Shown piece after piece: positions 30,166-39,642 of a stretch of DNA of 64,000 nt (position 1 is its first letter; each line of letters opens with the position of its first letter). The position numbers and the translations under genes are program-made. Origin of the DNA: Pseudoflavonifractor sp. Its GTDB lineage: Bacteria > Bacteroidota > Bacteroidia > Bacteroidales > Muribaculaceae. Location: contig JAMPAQ010000001.1 in assembly GCA_023667145.1 (NCBI GenBank), forward strand, positions 1,375,118 through 1,439,117. The letters are read 5' to 3'. The notes beneath the pieces were generated by a model that was not told the DNA's origin, searched no databases, and saw only the letters and a list, made by a program, of their open reading frames with translations.

Positions 30166-30948
30166 TTATGGGCGGAGTGAGGCTATGAGGTTGGTGAGAC
30201 TGATGAATTGTTGTACGCTCAGCTGCTCGGGACGCAGGGCCATGACCGGGTCGTCGGGGAGGGCAGCACCGGGGGGGACGAGTCCACGCAGGGAGTTGCG
30301 CAGGGTCTTGCGGCGCTGGCCGAACGCTGTCTTGACAACGGTTTTGAACAGGCGGCTGTCACATCCGAGTGACGTAACATCGTTGCGCGTCATCCTGATT
30401 ACCCCCGACTTGACCTTGGGAGGCGGGTTGAACACGTTCTCATCGACCGTGAACAGGTATTCCACGTCATACCATGCCTGTAGCAGCACGCTCAATATGC
30501 CGTAAGCCTTTGAGCCGGGTGCTGCGGCAAGCCGTTCGGCAACCTCTTTCTGGAGCATTCCCGAGCAGCATACGACCTGATCCTTGTAGTCGAGGACCTT
30601 GAAGAATATCTGTGACGAGATGTTGTAAGGGTAATTGCCTATCACACAGAACGGCCGGTCGCCGTATATGTCGTGAAGGTCCATCTGTAGGAAGTCTCCC
30701 TCGATTATGCGGCCGTCGAGGGCGGGGAAGTTTTCCCGTAGGTAATCGACACTCTCGGCGTCAATCTCGGCCACGAGCAGGTCGTGACCCTGCTCAAGCA
30801 GGAACTGGGTCAATACCCCCATGCCGGGGCCGACCTCAAGGACGGGAAGCCCGGGATAGCCGTCGAGGGTGGCGGCGATGCGCCGTGCCACCGACAGGTC
30901 GGTGAGAAAATGCTGGCCGAGTGCTTTCTTTGGTTTTACCTGACGCAT
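30166..30948 (-). CDS. rsmA: 16S rRNA (adenine1518/1519-N6)-dimethyltransferase
   Basis: The ATG at 30948 gives MRQVKPKKALGQHFLTD. SAM motif LEVGPGMGVLT. The ORF-track start at 31056 would swallow the -7 box. Confidence 0.9.
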   Translation of the reverse strand: MRQVKPKKALGQHFLTDLSVARRIAATLDGYPGLPVLEVGPGMGVLTQFLLEQGHDLLVAEIDAESVDYLRENFPALDGRIIEGDFLQMDLHDIYGDRPFCVIGNYPYNISSQIFFKVLDYKDQVVCCSGMLQKEVAERLAAAPGSKAYGILSVLLQAWYDVEYLFTVDENVFNPPPKVKSGVIRMTRNDVTSLGCDSRLFKTVVKTAFGQRRKTLRNSLRGLVPPGAALPDDPVMALRPEQLSVQQFISLTNLIASLRP

Positions 30949-31045
30949 GACCAATCCTCCTTTCGTTTTGTTGCGGGCACTGCGGGCCGTGTCGCGGTCG
31001 TTGGTGACCCTTGGTGAGACAATGATGTTATGTCGCGGGTTATTG

Positions 31046-31053
31046 CAAAGGTA
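31046..31053 (-). promoter_or_regulatory. -7 box (TACCTTTG on the minus strand) for rsmA-mgtE
   Basis: The plus strand reads caaaggta, upstream of the ATG at 30948. Confidence 0.4.
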
Positions 31054-31061
31054 CAACCTTT

Positions 31062-31110
31062 GCTCATAAAATACAACAACCCTCCACCGATAATGGTCGA
31101 TGGAGGGTTG
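31062..31110 (-). terminator. Intrinsic terminator of slyD
   Basis: caaccctcca / tggagggttg 10-bp stem (31077-31110). On the minus strand it is followed by TTGTATTTTATG. Confidence 0.6.
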
Positions 31111-31134
31111 CCATGTGGGGATTAATGTCTCTTA

Positions 31135-31719
31135 TCAGTGGCCGCATCCACATGAGCTGTCGCCGCAGTGGTTGTGGTCGTCACAGCCGCATGAGTCGCC
31201 GCAGCCATCATCGTGGCATCCGCAGCCACATCCGTGCTGGGGCTGAAGCTCCTCGGGAGTGGCGTCGCGCACGGTGATGATTTTTCCGGCAAAACGCACG
31301 TCCTTGCCGGCCAGTGGATGATTGAAATCCATCTTGACCTTGTCGTCGGTCACGTCGAGCACCACGCCGTTGATGCGGTAGCCGTCGGCTGTCATCATTG
31401 GGACGATGGCGTCTTTCTTGATTACCTCGGCGTCAAACTTGCCGTCGATCTCAAAGATATCCTTGTCGAGCTCGACAATCTGCTCAGGGTCATGGAGTCC
31501 AAACGCGTCCTTGGCCTCGACAGTGATGTCGAAAGTGTCGCCGGCGGCGAGGCCGTCGATTGCTTTCTCAAGGGGTACGATCATGCCGGGGGTGACTCCG
31601 AAGATTATCTTCTCGGGGTCCTTATCATCGGTCTGGTGTACCAGTTTCTCGCCGTTGGGGCTTACCTCGTAGAGATCATATCCGAGTTCCACGAATTTGC
31701 CGGGTTGAATCTTTTCCAT
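31135..31719 (-). CDS. slyD: FKBP-type peptidyl-prolyl isomerase, SlyD-like, with a Cys/His-rich tail
   Basis: 194 aa. FKBP plus IF-domain layout (GKFVELGYDLY..., NHPLAGKDVRF). The tail reads HGCGCGCHDDGCGDSCGCDDHNHCGDSSCGCGH. Confidence 0.85.
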   Translation of the reverse strand: MEKIQPGKFVELGYDLYEVSPNGEKLVHQTDDKDPEKIIFGVTPGMIVPLEKAIDGLAAGDTFDITVEAKDAFGLHDPEQIVELDKDIFEIDGKFDAEVIKKDAIVPMMTADGYRINGVVLDVTDDKVKMDFNHPLAGKDVRFAGKIITVRDATPEELQPQHGCGCGCHDDGCGDSCGCDDHNHCGDSSCGCGH

Positions 31720-31930
31720 AATTATGTAGTTTTTAGATGATTAATTTAATGTCAGTAATGGGTGGACATATCCATCCATCTTATTTATAACAAATCTCAT
31801 GCCAAAGTGCCAAGTAGTGGATTATAAATAATGTTATCACCGGCAACTGACAGCGGCATGACATGACAGCCGGGGCAGTGGCATGAATGGCCGACTGTCC
31901 CGGCTGGGTCTATTGTTGCAGATAAGGTGA

Positions 31931-32497
31931 TTACTTTCCAACGGCTTCTTTAGCCTTGTCGGCTACGCTCTGGAGAGCATCGGCGCCCTTTTGCTTGGCG
32001 TTGTCCACGCCATCCTTGACGCTTTGCTTTACCTCACCGGCCTTCTCGGTCACGGCATCCTTGGCCTCGCCGGCCTTGGCCGACACGGCGTCCCCGGCTG
32101 CATTGATGGCATCTCCGGTTGCGTCAACGGCGTTTCCGGCTGCTGACTTCAGACTGTCGGTGGCGGCATCGGCGGCACTCTCGGCGCTACCGGGTACCTT
32201 GTCGATGACATCCTTTACGGTAGAGAGTGTCCCGGCGAGAGAGGGGGCATATTTCTGAACGGTGGGTTCGATGTCGTCAAGATATTTCTTGGCCTCATCA
32301 ACCTTACCCTCGCTTACGAGCTTCTGCGCGTATGCCTTGGCCTGGTCTACGTAGATCTTGAGGCTGTCGGGGTTGGAGCAGTTCTCGATTTTAGACTTGA
32401 ATGAGTCGGCCGACTCGTTGGCGGCCTTGTCGGCGCTGCTGCAAGCGGCAAATGTGACCGATGCGGCAACTACTGCTAAAAGTAAAAGTTTTTTCAT
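31931..32497 (-). CDS. Lipoprotein with amphipathic Ala/Asp/Lys repeats (function unknown)
   Basis: The ATG at 32497 gives MKKLLLLAVVAASVTFAACSS (lipobox). The C-terminal half is made of repeated DAxxxKAGExKDAV-like units. Confidence 0.6.
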   Translation of the reverse strand: MKKLLLLAVVAASVTFAACSSADKAANESADSFKSKIENCSNPDSLKIYVDQAKAYAQKLVSEGKVDEAKKYLDDIEPTVQKYAPSLAGTLSTVKDVIDKVPGSAESAADAATDSLKSAAGNAVDATGDAINAAGDAVSAKAGEAKDAVTEKAGEVKQSVKDGVDNAKQKGADALQSVADKAKEAVGK

Positions 32498-32681
32498 CTT
32501 TTGGTTATTGAAAAACAGGTTGAAAAATTGTCTGTCATCACTCAATAGCCGTGACGCGAAAAGAGCCACGACAGAGTTATAACATCCGTGTTTGCAAAAA
32601 AGATTTCAAAAACTCAAAAAAAAGTATATGGCACGATTGGCGTGCAGTCTGCTGACAGGTGGGGGCGGCGGGCGTGGGGTG

Positions 32682-34121
32682 TCAGTAGTTCAGTCCGTCA
32701 GGGATGAGGGAGATGGGAGTGGCGGGGGTGTGGGTCGAGAGGATGCGCCAGTCGGCGGGATAGAGGTTGTTGGCGCGGTTGCCAAGATTTTTTGCGAAAC
32801 CGAGAGGGCGGTCGCGGTAGGTGAGCAGGACGATACCGCGTTGATCGTCGGGGAGGGTTATTGATTCGCGACGCAGGTAGGCGATGGCCGTGGGGTAATC
32901 GACCTCGACCGTAGGCCATACGCCGGGCCGCAGGGCGGTGGAGAGGGCGATTGACTGTGACGGGATGAGGTCACGCCCCTTGGCCGCGGCTAAGGTGATG
33001 CCGGCATGTATGACATCGAGATTGCGTCGGGCATCGGCGAGCAGACCGAGACCATGGGTGGGAAAGGCCGATATGACTCCGTTGTCAGAGAGGAGGGTCC
33101 AATCGCGGGAGTCGTCAACCATCCCGGTCACGCTCGAAGGGATGGCCGGGGTCTTGTCGCGTCCACGGCGCGATGCCTTGCCCTGACGTGCGGTCGCCGG
33201 GCTGTCTTTATGGCGGTGATTCCCGTCGGTGTCACCGTTGGCGTCATCGGGTTTCTGCAATACGGCGACAAACAGCCCCTCGCCCCGCAGACGGTGGGGC
33301 ATAAACCGATAGCAGGGATATGGGGTGTCGATGCCCGCTGATATTCCGGGGTAGGAGGTGAGTCCCATATCCACAGGTACGGCTCCGAGTGTACGGGCCA
33401 TGTAGGCGACCATCTCCTCGTTTTCCTCGCGGTTGAATGTGCAGGTGCTGTAAATCATGTATCCACCGGGACGCAAGGCCGGCCACAGGTTGGTGACTAT
33501 CTCACGTTGCCGGGCGGCGCACTCGGTTACGAGCGCGGGACACCATTGGCTGACAGCGGTGTGGTCTTTGCGCATCATCCCCTCACCTGAGCAGGGGACA
33601 TCGGCCCCGATAATGTCAAAACGTCCACGCAACAGGGAGAGGCGGGCGGTGTCGCCGGTGGTGACGATTGCTGAGGGTGTACCCCACTTTATGATGTTCT
33701 CGCGGAGGACTGCGGCGCGTGAGCGCACAAACTCGTTGGCGACGATGAGGGAATCATCGGGCAACGAGTCGATGACGGCTGTCGTCTTGCCCCCGGGGGC
33801 GGCACAGGCATCAAGGTAGACCGGCGACGGCATGTCGGCGGCAAGACGGCCTGCGATAGTGCCGACAATCATGGATGATGCGTCCTGCACATAGTACAGT
33901 CCCTGGTGCATCGCGGGGTCGAACGTGAATGGTATCTTGTCGGCGAGGTATCGCCCGGTGGGACACCATGGCACGGTGGCGGCATCGGGGCCGGGGAACG
34001 CTATCTTGCGGGGATTGAGCCGCACGGAGACGACCGGGTCTGACGTGAGAGCGTCCGCCAGTCCGTCAAACTCGGGGTGACGGGCGAGCATGTCGAGAAA
34101 TTGCTGAGGCATCGGGGTCAT
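32682..34121 (-). CDS. NOL1/NOP2/Sun-family RNA (cytosine-C5) methyltransferase (RsmB/RsmF-like)
   Basis: 479 aa. SAM motif DACAAPGGKTT and catalytic DVPCSGEGMMRKD ... YSTCT. Confidence 0.8.
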   Translation of the reverse strand: MTPMPQQFLDMLARHPEFDGLADALTSDPVVSVRLNPRKIAFPGPDAATVPWCPTGRYLADKIPFTFDPAMHQGLYYVQDASSMIVGTIAGRLAADMPSPVYLDACAAPGGKTTAVIDSLPDDSLIVANEFVRSRAAVLRENIIKWGTPSAIVTTGDTARLSLLRGRFDIIGADVPCSGEGMMRKDHTAVSQWCPALVTECAARQREIVTNLWPALRPGGYMIYSTCTFNREENEEMVAYMARTLGAVPVDMGLTSYPGISAGIDTPYPCYRFMPHRLRGEGLFVAVLQKPDDANGDTDGNHRHKDSPATARQGKASRRGRDKTPAIPSSVTGMVDDSRDWTLLSDNGVISAFPTHGLGLLADARRNLDVIHAGITLAAAKGRDLIPSQSIALSTALRPGVWPTVEVDYPTAIAYLRRESITLPDDQRGIVLLTYRDRPLGFAKNLGNRANNLYPADWRILSTHTPATPISLIPDGLNY

Positions 34122-34144
34122 GGCGATGGAAATTGAGTATGTTG

Positions 34145-34181
34145 GTCAACAAGCAAAGGGAGCGCCCGTTACGGTGCTCCC
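34145..34181 (-). terminator. Intrinsic terminator of secG
   Basis: gggagc...gctccc stem (34158-34181). On the minus strand it is followed by TTTGCTTGTTG. Confidence 0.5.
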
Positions 34182-34206
34182 TGTATGAGGTTGCCTTATT
34201 ATTGGA

Positions 34207-34566
34207 TTACTCAGCTGCGGGTGCCGGAGCCACGGGGGCGGCAGGGGTCTGAGCGGCAGGAGCCGGGGCTGTCTGAGTGTTGAAGTCAGCGGCCTGGGTC
34301 TGCTGGGGAGCGGCTGCCTCGACACGGGTCTGCTGTACGAGGTTGCGGGGCATCACAAACACTGATGCAATGGAGAGCACGCAGATGATGGCTGCGAGAG
34401 TCCATGTGGCTTTCTCGATGAAGTCGTTGGTGCGGCGCACACCCATGATCTGGTTTGAGCCGGCAAACGATGACGACAGACCGCCGCCCTTGGATTTCTG
34501 GATGAGCACTACGCCGATGAGCAACAGCGAGGCAATGATGGTCAATACGATAAATAAAGCGTACAT
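34207..34566 (-). CDS. secG: Preprotein translocase subunit SecG
   Basis: 119 aa. MYALFIVLTIIASLLLIGVVLIQKSKGGGL is the canonical SecG N-terminus. The C-terminal tail is Ala/Pro/Gln-rich. Confidence 0.9.
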   Translation of the reverse strand: MYALFIVLTIIASLLLIGVVLIQKSKGGGLSSSFAGSNQIMGVRRTNDFIEKATWTLAAIICVLSIASVFVMPRNLVQQTRVEAAAPQQTQAADFNTQTAPAPAAQTPAAPVAPAPAAE

Positions 34567-34581
34567 TTCAATTATGAGTTG

Positions 34582-35361
34582 TTACTTGTTGTGTTGTTGA
34601 TTAATGATAAGTTTCTGCAAGAAACGCAATTGGTCTGCAAAGTAAATACTTTTTTCCGGATAATTCAAACTTAAATTGTGTATAATTTCAAAAGCCTTGG
34701 TGTAGCGCCGCTGTTTTATGTAGATTTTGGCAAGACTCTCGCTGAGCAGGGTATCATCGGAGGTCTTGGGCGACTGCACCGTGGTATTGTCATCTTCCGT
34801 GGTCACATCGCCTAAAGAGGTTTCCACGTTGGCGGTGGGTGGCGCTGACTGCTCCTCGCGGCTCTTGAGGATGAACGCGTTGATGAGCGCGTCTTGCGAC
34901 CCGGCGTCAGCCAGGTCTACCGGCTCGGGGACGCTGCGTTCCTCCTCGCGGGCGAGCAGCTGGGCATAGTCGGGGGTGGGGTTGAATATGAGCCTCTCAA
35001 GGAGAGCCTCCTCGCGTGGGTCGGCCTCTCCGTAGTTGGCGATGAATGTCTCGATTGCCTTGTCGGTCGATATGGGGGCGCGGTCGGCCTCGTCGGGGTA
35101 GAATGACGCGAAGCGGTCGCCGTCGGCGGTGACGAGTCGGCGCAGCATGTCGCGGTCGGGGACGGCCAGTGCAAGACGTTCCAGCATTGCCCGCCGCGTG
35201 TCGGGATCAATCTCCTGACCGCCATGTGACAGCATCATTATGCCGGGGAGGATGAAGTAGGGGTATTCCTCGGCGACGCGTGCGGCGACATCGGGGACTG
35301 GTGTCGCGCCCGGAGAGAGCAGCGAGTCGGCAAATTGCTGCAAGTCAGAGGTGTGTGCCAT
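34582..35361 (-). CDS. Conserved hypothetical protein with a TPR-like C-terminus
   Basis: 259 aa with coding-like composition. The C-terminus reads LAKIYIKQRRYTKAFEIIHNLSLNYPEKSIYFADQLRFL. It sits between the lptE-like gene and secG. Confidence 0.55.
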   Translation of the reverse strand: MAHTSDLQQFADSLLSPGATPVPDVAARVAEEYPYFILPGIMMLSHGGQEIDPDTRRAMLERLALAVPDRDMLRRLVTADGDRFASFYPDEADRAPISTDKAIETFIANYGEADPREEALLERLIFNPTPDYAQLLAREEERSVPEPVDLADAGSQDALINAFILKSREEQSAPPTANVETSLGDVTTEDDNTTVQSPKTSDDTLLSESLAKIYIKQRRYTKAFEIIHNLSLNYPEKSIYFADQLRFLQKLIINQQHNK

Positions 35362-35362
35362 A

Positions 35363-35896
35363 TTACCAGTCTCCTAATGTGGCGTTGAATATCAGTTCGA
35401 CAAGCTCCTTGGAAATTTGGGAGCACAGTTCGTCTTGCACGTCGGTGAGCATTTGGGAGCTGTCAAAGTCGCGGTAGGCCGAAAATGTCTGGTCGACATC
35501 CTTGCCCTCGGCGCGGTTGTCGGTATACTTGACGCGCACCGTGATGGTGAGGCGTGTCTGAGAGGCGTAGGCGTTCTCGGTGACGGCTTGCGGAGACAGG
35601 GCGTAACCTGTTATCTCGCCCTCAAGTTGCAGGTCGGATGCCGTGTCGACCGTGCGCAAGCGGGTGTTGCGTGCGATGTAGTCGAGCAGCTCGTTCTCAA
35701 AGGTCTGCTGCAACGGCGGGTAGACAAGGGCTGCTCGTATCGGGAAGTTGGACACGTAGATGGTCTTGTAGAGGTTGTAGTCGAGTGCCGCGCCGTTGAA
35801 CTTGTAGCTGATGCGGCAACCCTGCCAACTGCACATCATCAGCATCAGAAGCAGTATCCTGCATGTAAGGCGTATGGGGCGTGTCGGGGTCTTCAT
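35363..35896 (-). CDS. LptE-like LPS-assembly lipoprotein
   Basis: The ATG at 35896 gives MKTPTRPIRLTCRILLLMLMMCSWQGC (lipobox). An alternative ATG at 35938 overlaps the upstream gene. The family call rests on size, lipobox and gene neighbourhood only. Confidence 0.5.
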   Translation of the reverse strand: MKTPTRPIRLTCRILLLMLMMCSWQGCRISYKFNGAALDYNLYKTIYVSNFPIRAALVYPPLQQTFENELLDYIARNTRLRTVDTASDLQLEGEITGYALSPQAVTENAYASQTRLTITVRVKYTDNRAEGKDVDQTFSAYRDFDSSQMLTDVQDELCSQISKELVELIFNATLGDW

Positions 35897-35930
35897 GGGT
35901 CGGGTGGTGTTATGCTGACGTGTGGTGTGG

Positions 35931-37184
35931 TTATTCAAGGCCGTATTCCTTTATCTTGCGGTAGAGCGTGCGCTCCGAGATATTGAGTTCCTTGGCTGTA
36001 GCCTTGCGGCGGCCGGCGTTGCGGTCGAGTGCCTGAAGTATGGTCTCGCGCTCGGTCTCCTCAAGGGTCTTGCCCGACAGGTGGTCGGAGAGCTGCGTCT
36101 CGACCGCGTCGCTGGTGATGTCGAGCGCGTCGGTGATGCCCGGTGTGGGCGGGGTGTACTTGACGAGTGAGCGAGGCATGTCGGCGTAGGAGGAGTGTGT
36201 GTGGTCAAACTCGCTTGCAGGATGGCACTCTGTAATGCGTGGGCGTGAGGTCGAGGCCGCGCCCTCGACCTGCTTGCGGAGGGCATCAATCTCGTGCTGC
36301 ATACGGAATATCATGTTGAACAGCAGCTCACGCTCGGCGGCATAGGTGTGGGTGTGTTCCGCTGTCACCGCCGGGGTGTAGACGGTGGCGTTGCGCGGTA
36401 TGTAGTTCTGCAACGTCGAGGCGTCAATCTCGTTACCGGCATCAAACAGGGCGGCTTGCTCGACAACATTCTTGAGCTGGCGCACATTGCCGGGCCATCG
36501 GTAGCTCAGGAGCAGGCGGCGTGCCGAGTCGTCAAACGTGATGACCGGGGTGCGGTATTTCTCGGCGAAGTCGGCGGCAAACTTGCGTGCGAGCAGCACG
36601 ATGTCAGTGTCGCGGTCGCGCAGGGGGGGGATGGATATGAGCACCGTCGACAAGCGGTAATAAAGGTCTTCGCGGAAGCGGCCCTCGGCGACAGCTTTCT
36701 GCATGTCGACGTTGGTGGCGGCGACGATGCGTATGTCGGTGCGCTGCACGGTCGATGACCCCACCTTGAGAAACTCGCCGCTCTCAAGCACGCGTAACAG
36801 CCGGGCCTGGGTGGTGAGGGGCAGCTCGGCCACCTCGTCAAGGAATATGGTGCCACCGTCGGCCTCCTCAAAGTAGCCCTTGCGTGACGATACGGCCCCG
36901 GTAAACGCTCCCTTCTCGTGGCCAAACAGTTCGGAGTCTATCGTACCCTCGGGGATGGCACCGCAGTTGACGGCAATGTACTTGGCATGTTTGCGTGTGC
37001 TGAAGTTATGGATAATCTTGGGAAAGAACTCCTTGCCCGTACCGCTCTCGCCGGTGACAAGCACCGACAGGTCGATGGGGGCGACCTGGATGGCGCGTGA
37101 CACCGCCGCAAGCAGCTGCGGCGAGTTGCCTATGATGCCGAAGCGAGCCTTGGCTTGTTGTATCTCGGGTGAAAGATCCTGCAT
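35931..37184 (-). CDS. Sigma-54-dependent transcriptional activator (AAA+ and Fis-type HTH, no receiver domain)
   Basis: Walker [11 protein letters not shown], the GAFTGA loop (EKGAFTGA), and C-terminal [24 protein letters not shown] prefer the ATG at 37184 (MQDLSPE...) over 37223, which overlaps the upstream gene by 23 nt. Confidence 0.88.
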   Translation of the reverse strand: MQDLSPEIQQAKARFGIIGNSPQLLAAVSRAIQVAPIDLSVLVTGESGTGKEFFPKIIHNFSTRKHAKYIAVNCGAIPEGTIDSELFGHEKGAFTGAVSSRKGYFEEADGGTIFLDEVAELPLTTQARLLRVLESGEFLKVGSSTVQRTDIRIVAATNVDMQKAVAEGRFREDLYYRLSTVLISIPPLRDRDTDIVLLARKFAADFAEKYRTPVITFDDSARRLLLSYRWPGNVRQLKNVVEQAALFDAGNEIDASTLQNYIPRNATVYTPAVTAEHTHTYAAERELLFNMIFRMQHEIDALRKQVEGAASTSRPRITECHPASEFDHTHSSYADMPRSLVKYTPPTPGITDALDITSDAVETQLSDHLSGKTLEETERETILQALDRNAGRRKATAKELNISERTLYRKIKEYGLE

Positions 37185-37200
37185 CTGACTGATTGACTGA

Positions 37201-38049
37201 TTACTTGATTGAGCGCATGGCATAGGTGCGTGACTTCAGGAACTCACCAAGTTCCTCTACACTGCCGCTATGGGCCTGCTGCTCCTCGACCGATATGGGG
37301 TCGCCGATTGATATGTGGATGGTCTTGCCTCGCCGGCGGAATACCTCGGCGGGAAGCCGCAGTGTGCGCAACTGCCAGCTGACCATGCCAAGGAACGTGA
37401 ACCACCACGAGTTATGGCCGTGGAAGTAAATCGGAATCACGGGTACCTTGAGCTGTGCGATTAGGCGTATTATCGAGGGTTGCCACTCGCGATCCTCGAT
37501 GCGCAGCCGCCGGTTGAGCTTGGAGACGGCCCCGGCGGGGAAGAATCCGATGGGATTGCCACGGCGCACCTGCATGATGGCCTCCTTGATGCCCTTCATC
37601 GACACGGCCTTTTTGGCGGGATCGTCGCTTGCGAGCGCATCGACGGCGATGAAGTTGGGGCGCATGGCCGATATGTGGTTGAGTATCATGTTGACCATCA
37701 CCTTGAAGGTGGGTCGGCGGCTTCCGACAATGTTGATGAGCGTTATGCCGTCGAGAGCGCCAAACGGGTGGTTGCTGACGGTGATGAACGCACCCTCGGG
37801 CAGATGGTCGAGCGCCTGCTCGTTGTCGATACGCAGCTTTATGTCGAGTTCCTTGAGCAGTCCGTCGGTAAATGCCACGCCCGGCGTGGCGCAATTGTGG
37901 GCGTGGAGGGCGTTGACCTTGTCGACCGAGAGAAATTTCAGCACGCCGTCAACGAGTTTCCTGTGTCCACGCAGACCGGGTGCCATCGCGACGATGTCGT
38001 CGTAGTCAAGTACGGAGGGCTTTACCGCAGTATTTTCAGGTTGTTCCAT
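37201..38049 (-). CDS. Lysophospholipid (PlsC-type) acyltransferase family protein
   Basis: 282 aa. HX4D motif in VSNHPFGALDG and FPAGAVS motif III. Confidence 0.75.
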   Translation of the reverse strand: MEQPENTAVKPSVLDYDDIVAMAPGLRGHRKLVDGVLKFLSVDKVNALHAHNCATPGVAFTDGLLKELDIKLRIDNEQALDHLPEGAFITVSNHPFGALDGITLINIVGSRRPTFKVMVNMILNHISAMRPNFIAVDALASDDPAKKAVSMKGIKEAIMQVRRGNPIGFFPAGAVSKLNRRLRIEDREWQPSIIRLIAQLKVPVIPIYFHGHNSWWFTFLGMVSWQLRTLRLPAEVFRRRGKTIHISIGDPISVEEQQAHSGSVEELGEFLKSRTYAMRSIK

Positions 38050-38116
38050 GCTATATCGTGTACATGGATGCCGCCACTGTCAGTGGCGACATCCCGGTGT
38101 TGGTAATTGACAGATG

Positions 38117-38124
38117 CAAAGATA
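38117..38124 (-). promoter_or_regulatory. -7 box (TATCTTTG on the minus strand) for the acyltransferase operon
   Basis: The plus strand reads caaagata, 68 nt upstream of the ATG at 38049. Confidence 0.45.
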
Positions 38125-38150
38125 ACTATTTTTATTGATTTTGATAACAA

Positions 38151-38187
38151 CAGGACATCGGCCAGCATTGAGATGACCGATGTCCTG
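38151..38187 (-). terminator. Hairpin terminator downstream of the 38222 gene
   Basis: caggacatcgg / ccgatgtcctg 11-bp stem. On the minus strand it is followed by TTGTTATC. Confidence 0.5.
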
Positions 38188-38221
38188 ATTATATGGATGG
38201 GATTGTTGGCCGACGGAGGGC

Positions 38222-39355
38222 TCAGCGTATGAGCTCCTTGGTGACGGTGTTGCCGCGCACCACAATCACGGTCGAGCCGGGGACGGGGTTGTTGACGCGG
38301 ATGCCCTGGAGGTTATAGTAGATGGGGGTGGCATCCTCCTCGACCTCTATGGTGTCGATGGCTGTAGTGCCAAGACGGGTACCCGATACCACTATCTCAA
38401 GCGGATTGCGGTCAACGGGGATACGCGAGTAGCGGAAGAAGTCGGGTTCAAGTGTGTGGCCGTCGATAGTGTAGGTGATGTCGGAGAAATCGGTGTAATT
38501 ACCCGAAGGGGTGAGAGTTGAACCGGCCAGGACGCTGAATGAGCTGTGGTCATCAACGGTGAAAGTCCCCTCGTGGGGCGTGTTTGCTTCCACTTTGTTT
38601 ATGATACCCTCGCAGCCTTCGGCCTCGATAAACCGTACCTCGTGCATCTCGTTGGGAAATTGAGTCACGACGTCAATCACATCTCCATCCTCGACCGTGA
38701 AACGGAAGGCGCCCGAATAGCGCGGCAGACGCTCGCCGTTCTTGGTGACTGAATAGACGCATCCGGAGTAAAACTCCTCCTTGAAAAACAGATAAATCTT
38801 GTTCTCAAAATCGGGCATGAAAGCAATCACATTTGAGCCTGCGGAGACGGGAAGGCTCTCGACTGAGGCAAAAGACCGTCCGATGTGATAGAACACAGAG
38901 GGATTGTCGATGTTTATCGTGAAGTGGTCGGTACGCAAGTCATCAAGATAGGCGTTGTCGATGGAAACCTCGGCATTGAGTTTTTCTTTATCGAGGTGTA
39001 TGTTGTGGGTGTATGTGGCACTATAGTCTTCAGGCTGAAGAAAATCGGTGTACTCACCGAGATAGCTGTATCCGCGTATCAGTTGGGCAGTACGGTCTAC
39101 GGTACATTTTAGATAGAGGTATGTGTACTTGTATGACAGGTCAATACCGCTCGGAATGGTGATTTTGCTAAAAATATCCGCTCCGCTGTTTATTAGTGAG
39201 GAGGGGACATCGACAATAGTTGACTTACCCCCTCTGGATATATAGAGCTCGACTGTCATGTCAGAATTGTTTGCCGAGATGGTCAAGGCGTCAGTCGTGC
39301 AAGGGGTGATAATGGCTGCGGCAAGGAGAGCCGCCAGTGTGTGAAGTTTCTTCAT
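38222..39355 (-). CDS. Secreted hypothetical protein with a T9SS-type C-terminal domain
   Basis: The ATG at 39355 gives MKKLHTLAALLAAAIITPC. The C-terminal tail is ...YYNLQGIRVNNPVPGSTVIVVRGNTVTKELIR. The gene is AT-richer than its flanks. The ORF-track start at 39520 is an extension. Confidence 0.6.
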   Translation of the reverse strand: MKKLHTLAALLAAAIITPCTTDALTISANNSDMTVELYISRGGKSTIVDVPSSLINSGADIFSKITIPSGIDLSYKYTYLYLKCTVDRTAQLIRGYSYLGEYTDFLQPEDYSATYTHNIHLDKEKLNAEVSIDNAYLDDLRTDHFTINIDNPSVFYHIGRSFASVESLPVSAGSNVIAFMPDFENKIYLFFKEEFYSGCVYSVTKNGERLPRYSGAFRFTVEDGDVIDVVTQFPNEMHEVRFIEAEGCEGIINKVEANTPHEGTFTVDDHSSFSVLAGSTLTPSGNYTDFSDITYTIDGHTLEPDFFRYSRIPVDRNPLEIVVSGTRLGTTAIDTIEVEEDATPIYYNLQGIRVNNPVPGSTVIVVRGNTVTKELIR

Positions 39356-39401
39356 TGTTGGGAAAAATAGATATTTAGTGAAAGATTGGAATAAACGGCT
39401 G

Positions 39402-39409
39402 CAAAGGTA
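39402..39409 (-). promoter_or_regulatory. -7 box (TACCTTTG on the minus strand)
   Basis: The plus strand reads caaaggta, 47 nt upstream of the ATG at 39355. Confidence 0.45.
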
Positions 39410-39561
39410 TGGCGAAAGCGGCTTCCGGACAATATGAGTAGGGACTGTAGTGGCACGTGTAGACCAATAATATACGCTATATGGCGTAAAAAGTCCGCGT
39501 GGTAGACCATACAGACTCATGGTGATACTGTAGGCGAAGGCATGGCGTGCCTGACAATGGG

Positions 39562-39605
39562 GGATAAAACAACGGAATCCCGGACTGTACTTGGTCCGGG
39601 ATTCC
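39562..39605 (-). terminator. Intrinsic terminator of pfkA
   Basis: ggaatcccgga / tccgggattcc 11-bp stem. On the minus strand it is followed by GTTGTTTTAT. Confidence 0.6.
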
Positions 39606-39642
39606 TGAATGAGTGGGCTGAGAGTGTGCCTGAGTGACCGCG

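Noticed and set aside
36623-36630. G8 homopolymer inside the sigma-54 activator gene as a phase-variation switch.
   Set aside because: It encodes a conserved-looking IPPLRD segment in an intact frame. Eight nucleotides is borderline, and there is no evidence of heterogeneity from a single sequence.
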